Below the pieces are notes generated by a model. That model had not been told where the DNA came from. It ran no database searches and saw only the letters and a list, made by a program, of their open reading frames with translations. Positions 61,601-64,000 of a stretch of DNA of 64,000 nt are shown here, one piece after another; positions within the stretch are counted from its first letter, which is position 1; each line of letters starts with the position of its first letter. Source of the stretch: Takakia lepidozioides (Eukaryota > Plantae > Bryophyta). The DNA is taken from the NCBI GenBank assembly GCA_030704615.1, contig CM060732.1, positions 18,042,001 through 18,106,000 of the forward strand, written 5' to 3'. The translations under genes were made by a program, and so were the position numbers.

Positions 61601-62531
61601 GAAACAGGTACATAATTAAAGCCACTGATTATACTACAAAGTGGGTGGAAGCTAAAGCTTTGAGGGACAACACAGCCAAGTCCACAGCAAGGTTCCTGTA
61701 CGAGAACATACTTACACTTTGGATGTCCCTTAGAATTTATCAGTGATCAAGGAAGTCACTTCATGAATGAGACCATTGAGTTGTTGACTAAAGAGTTTAT
61801 GATTGTGCATAGAAAGAGTACAACATATTACCCACAGGGTAATGGGCAGGCAGAGGCTACCAACAAAATACTATGTACTATCTTGGCTAAGATAGTCAAT
61901 GCAAACAGAACGGATTGGGATACAAAGCTGCTGACAGCTTTGTGGTCATACAGGACTTCATATAAAGTCACCACTAAGTATACACCATTCCAATTAGTTT
62001 ATGGTATGGAAGCCTTACTTCCAGTGGAATTCTGTTACCTACCATGAGAACGGAGTGGGGAAAAAGAATGGAATTGCAAGACTCCATCAAGGTCAGGAAA
62101 CATGAATTATACCATGTGGAAGAAGTACGTGCTGATGCAGCTGATAATATGACAAGAATTCAGATGAAGCGAAAGGAACAGTTTGATGAAGGAAAATTAA
62201 AGACTTTTAAGACGGGGGATTTGGTTCTATGGTTGCAGAAGAAAGGAAAGATTCAAGCTTCTAAGCTCAAATCACCGTGGAAAGACCTTATGTCATACAA
62301 AAGATGTATGATAACAACACCGCCATGTTACAAACCATTAACAAAGAAATGCTGGGAAGAGTGAATGCAAATAAGTTGAAGGGGTACAGTGGTATCCATG
62401 ACAAACCCCTGCAGCATGATTTGCATGTTGAACCGCAAGAGCAGTCACGGGCTGCACCAGTGTTACGAACGGAGTATGGAACACTTGTCGCTAGGCCCAG
62501 CATATATGACCAGGGGGCAAAACAAACGTGA
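58631..62531 (+). pseudogene. pol (PR-RT-RH-IN) in several frameshifted ORFs
   Basis: ORFs 58631-60223, 60227-61264, 61147-61746, 61763-62047 and 62044-62531 carry the expected motifs in order. Confidence 0.9.
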
Positions 62532-62825
62532 CACAGCCTATCACAGCCCAGCAAGGCGCACACACCTAGCAACATCACAACAAAACACATCACACACATC
62601 CCAGCAAGGCGAACACACAGCCTATCACAACACCATCAAGGCGTAACACAGCCATCACTCCCATCACGGCGTGACACAGCCTATCACAGCTACCACAGCG
62701 CAACTCACACCTATCACAGCTTACCACAGCGCATCACACACCCTATCACAGCTTACCACAGTGCATCACAGCCTATCCAGCGTAACACAGTATGACACAG
62801 CCTGTCACAGCTCAACACAGCCTAC
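62525..62825. repeat. CACAGC/ATCACA short-unit tandem repeat downstream of pol
   Basis: Recurrent ACACAGCCTATCACAGC. Confidence 0.75.
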
Positions 62826-63291
62826 TAAAGTTACACGATCCATAGAATCAGTGACAAGTGGACACATAAAAACTTCAGGAAAATGGCTGAAGGAAGAGGA
62901 AACGGAAATTAATTTAAAAATAACACGTGGAGGTCAGGGTGCGACACACAGCAGAGAATGAAGTGCAAGACAGGTGTCAAAAAGAAAGAGACAAGAACGG
63001 CCGTCAAATGGGATGAAAGGCGGGCCCATTAATGAATACGGAAAAAGGGAAACGGAACGAACGGCAAGTACAGAAAAGCCGAATCATGTCGCATGTGTGA
63101 TCCTAGTGGACTATCCAACAGGGAAAGTCCACTAAAGAAGATAAAGTTAAAATCCAGTCACAGCAGATACAGCCAATAGAAAACCAGATAAATGATCAAG
63201 AAAATGGAGGGAAATTGAGTGCAAGAGGCGGCGTCGTTCTGAGTAACGGGCGTCTCGACAGGACAGGCCATAAATGCTATAACTTGGAAAC

Positions 63292-64000
63292 TATGGAGGA
63301 ACTAACAGACTATACGCTCGCAATATTACTTACGCAGTGGCATAGACACGAAACGACAGAGCAGAGCTTTTCTCTTGAGCAATGCTTGCAAGCCCCGCAG
63401 GCTTACAAGAGATTACCCATACCTTTCTGCGGCAACCATACGTTTATGCTTTGTGCACTACAGGCATTCCTGCAGTTGTTACAGCCAAAGCAGTTCTGTG
63501 AGTCTAAGATGAAGAGAGTGAGAGGAATGGAGGAAATCAGGGTGAAGAGCACCACAATTCTGCAGAAACAAACGATGGCTACTCCACAGGCGATAAAGAT
63601 ACTGGAGGAGCTGAGATTGGAAGGATTGCAAAGCCTAGATTGGACACTACACCATAGACAGTACATGTTACAATTTTTGCAGAACTTTGAGCCAAGGACA
63701 GGAACAACAACGGTGAAGGGAGTTGAATTAATGATTACTCCCCTATACCTCCAGCAATTGTTTTAATTGCCAGCAGGTCAGGTGCATGTGGGGGAACACA
63801 GGGCAAGACTGCAAATAGGGGACTTATTCCAAGAAGGGAGTTTCTTTAAAACTCAGGGTTATGCTTGTACCAAAGCTGTGTACCCAGGGTTAAAAGAGAT
63901 AGAGGTCCAGGTATTGAAGTTCTGAAAATGACTATAGCAGAGAGTACTACTACTGCAAGAGTACAATCCTATCATAGTGTCTGGCCCAATCATTGCTCAA
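63292..64000 (+). pseudogene. Extra 3' ORF of the retroelement
   Basis: MEELTDY...QFLQNFEPRTGTTTVKGVELMITPLYLQQLF*LP resembles the accessory 3' ORFs of non-chromovirus plant gypsy elements (recollection). Confidence 0.5.

Larger units (their letters stand above)
54801..64000 (+). mobile_element. Non-chromovirus Ty3/gypsy element (Athila/Ogre-like), extending past the window end
   Basis: Probable LTR 54801-55794 (TG..CA); PBS-like TGGCGACCATACTGGGGA at 55797; gag, PR (LIDGGSG), RT (FMDGFSGYNQ, FLDD), RH (HCDASG) and IN ([16 protein letters not shown]); no chromodomain. Confidence 0.9.

Overview
Repeat-dominated plant nuclear DNA. The PLS-DYW PPR relics and retroelement types suggest a non-seed land plant, but the species cannot be fixed from the sequence. 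Only one host gene looks intact: a six-exon TFIIF beta subunit (RAP30) gene on the minus strand (28963-31717, 266 aa). The rest of the window holds: (i) one full-length Ty3/gypsy chromovirus (9306-16254; paired LTRs, TCCGC target-site duplication, tRNA-iMet PBS, chromodomain) plus several fragments of the same family; (ii) a 5'-truncated gypsy element whose integrase ends in a PHD finger instead of a chromodomain; (iii) a large non-chromovirus (Athila/Ogre-like) gypsy element with extra ORFs and an inversion inside gag; (iv) another integrase relic, LINE relics and a lone 3' LTR; (v) a putative TIR-bounded element carrying related palindrome-rich satellite arrays; (vi) a cluster of decayed PPR-DYW genes, one piece of which has expanded into a ~137-bp minisatellite; (vii) a four-exon histidinol dehydrogenase fragment; and (viii) an intronless RING-H2 ORF next to transposon-like subterminal repeats. 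All calls were made by eye; no database searches were run.
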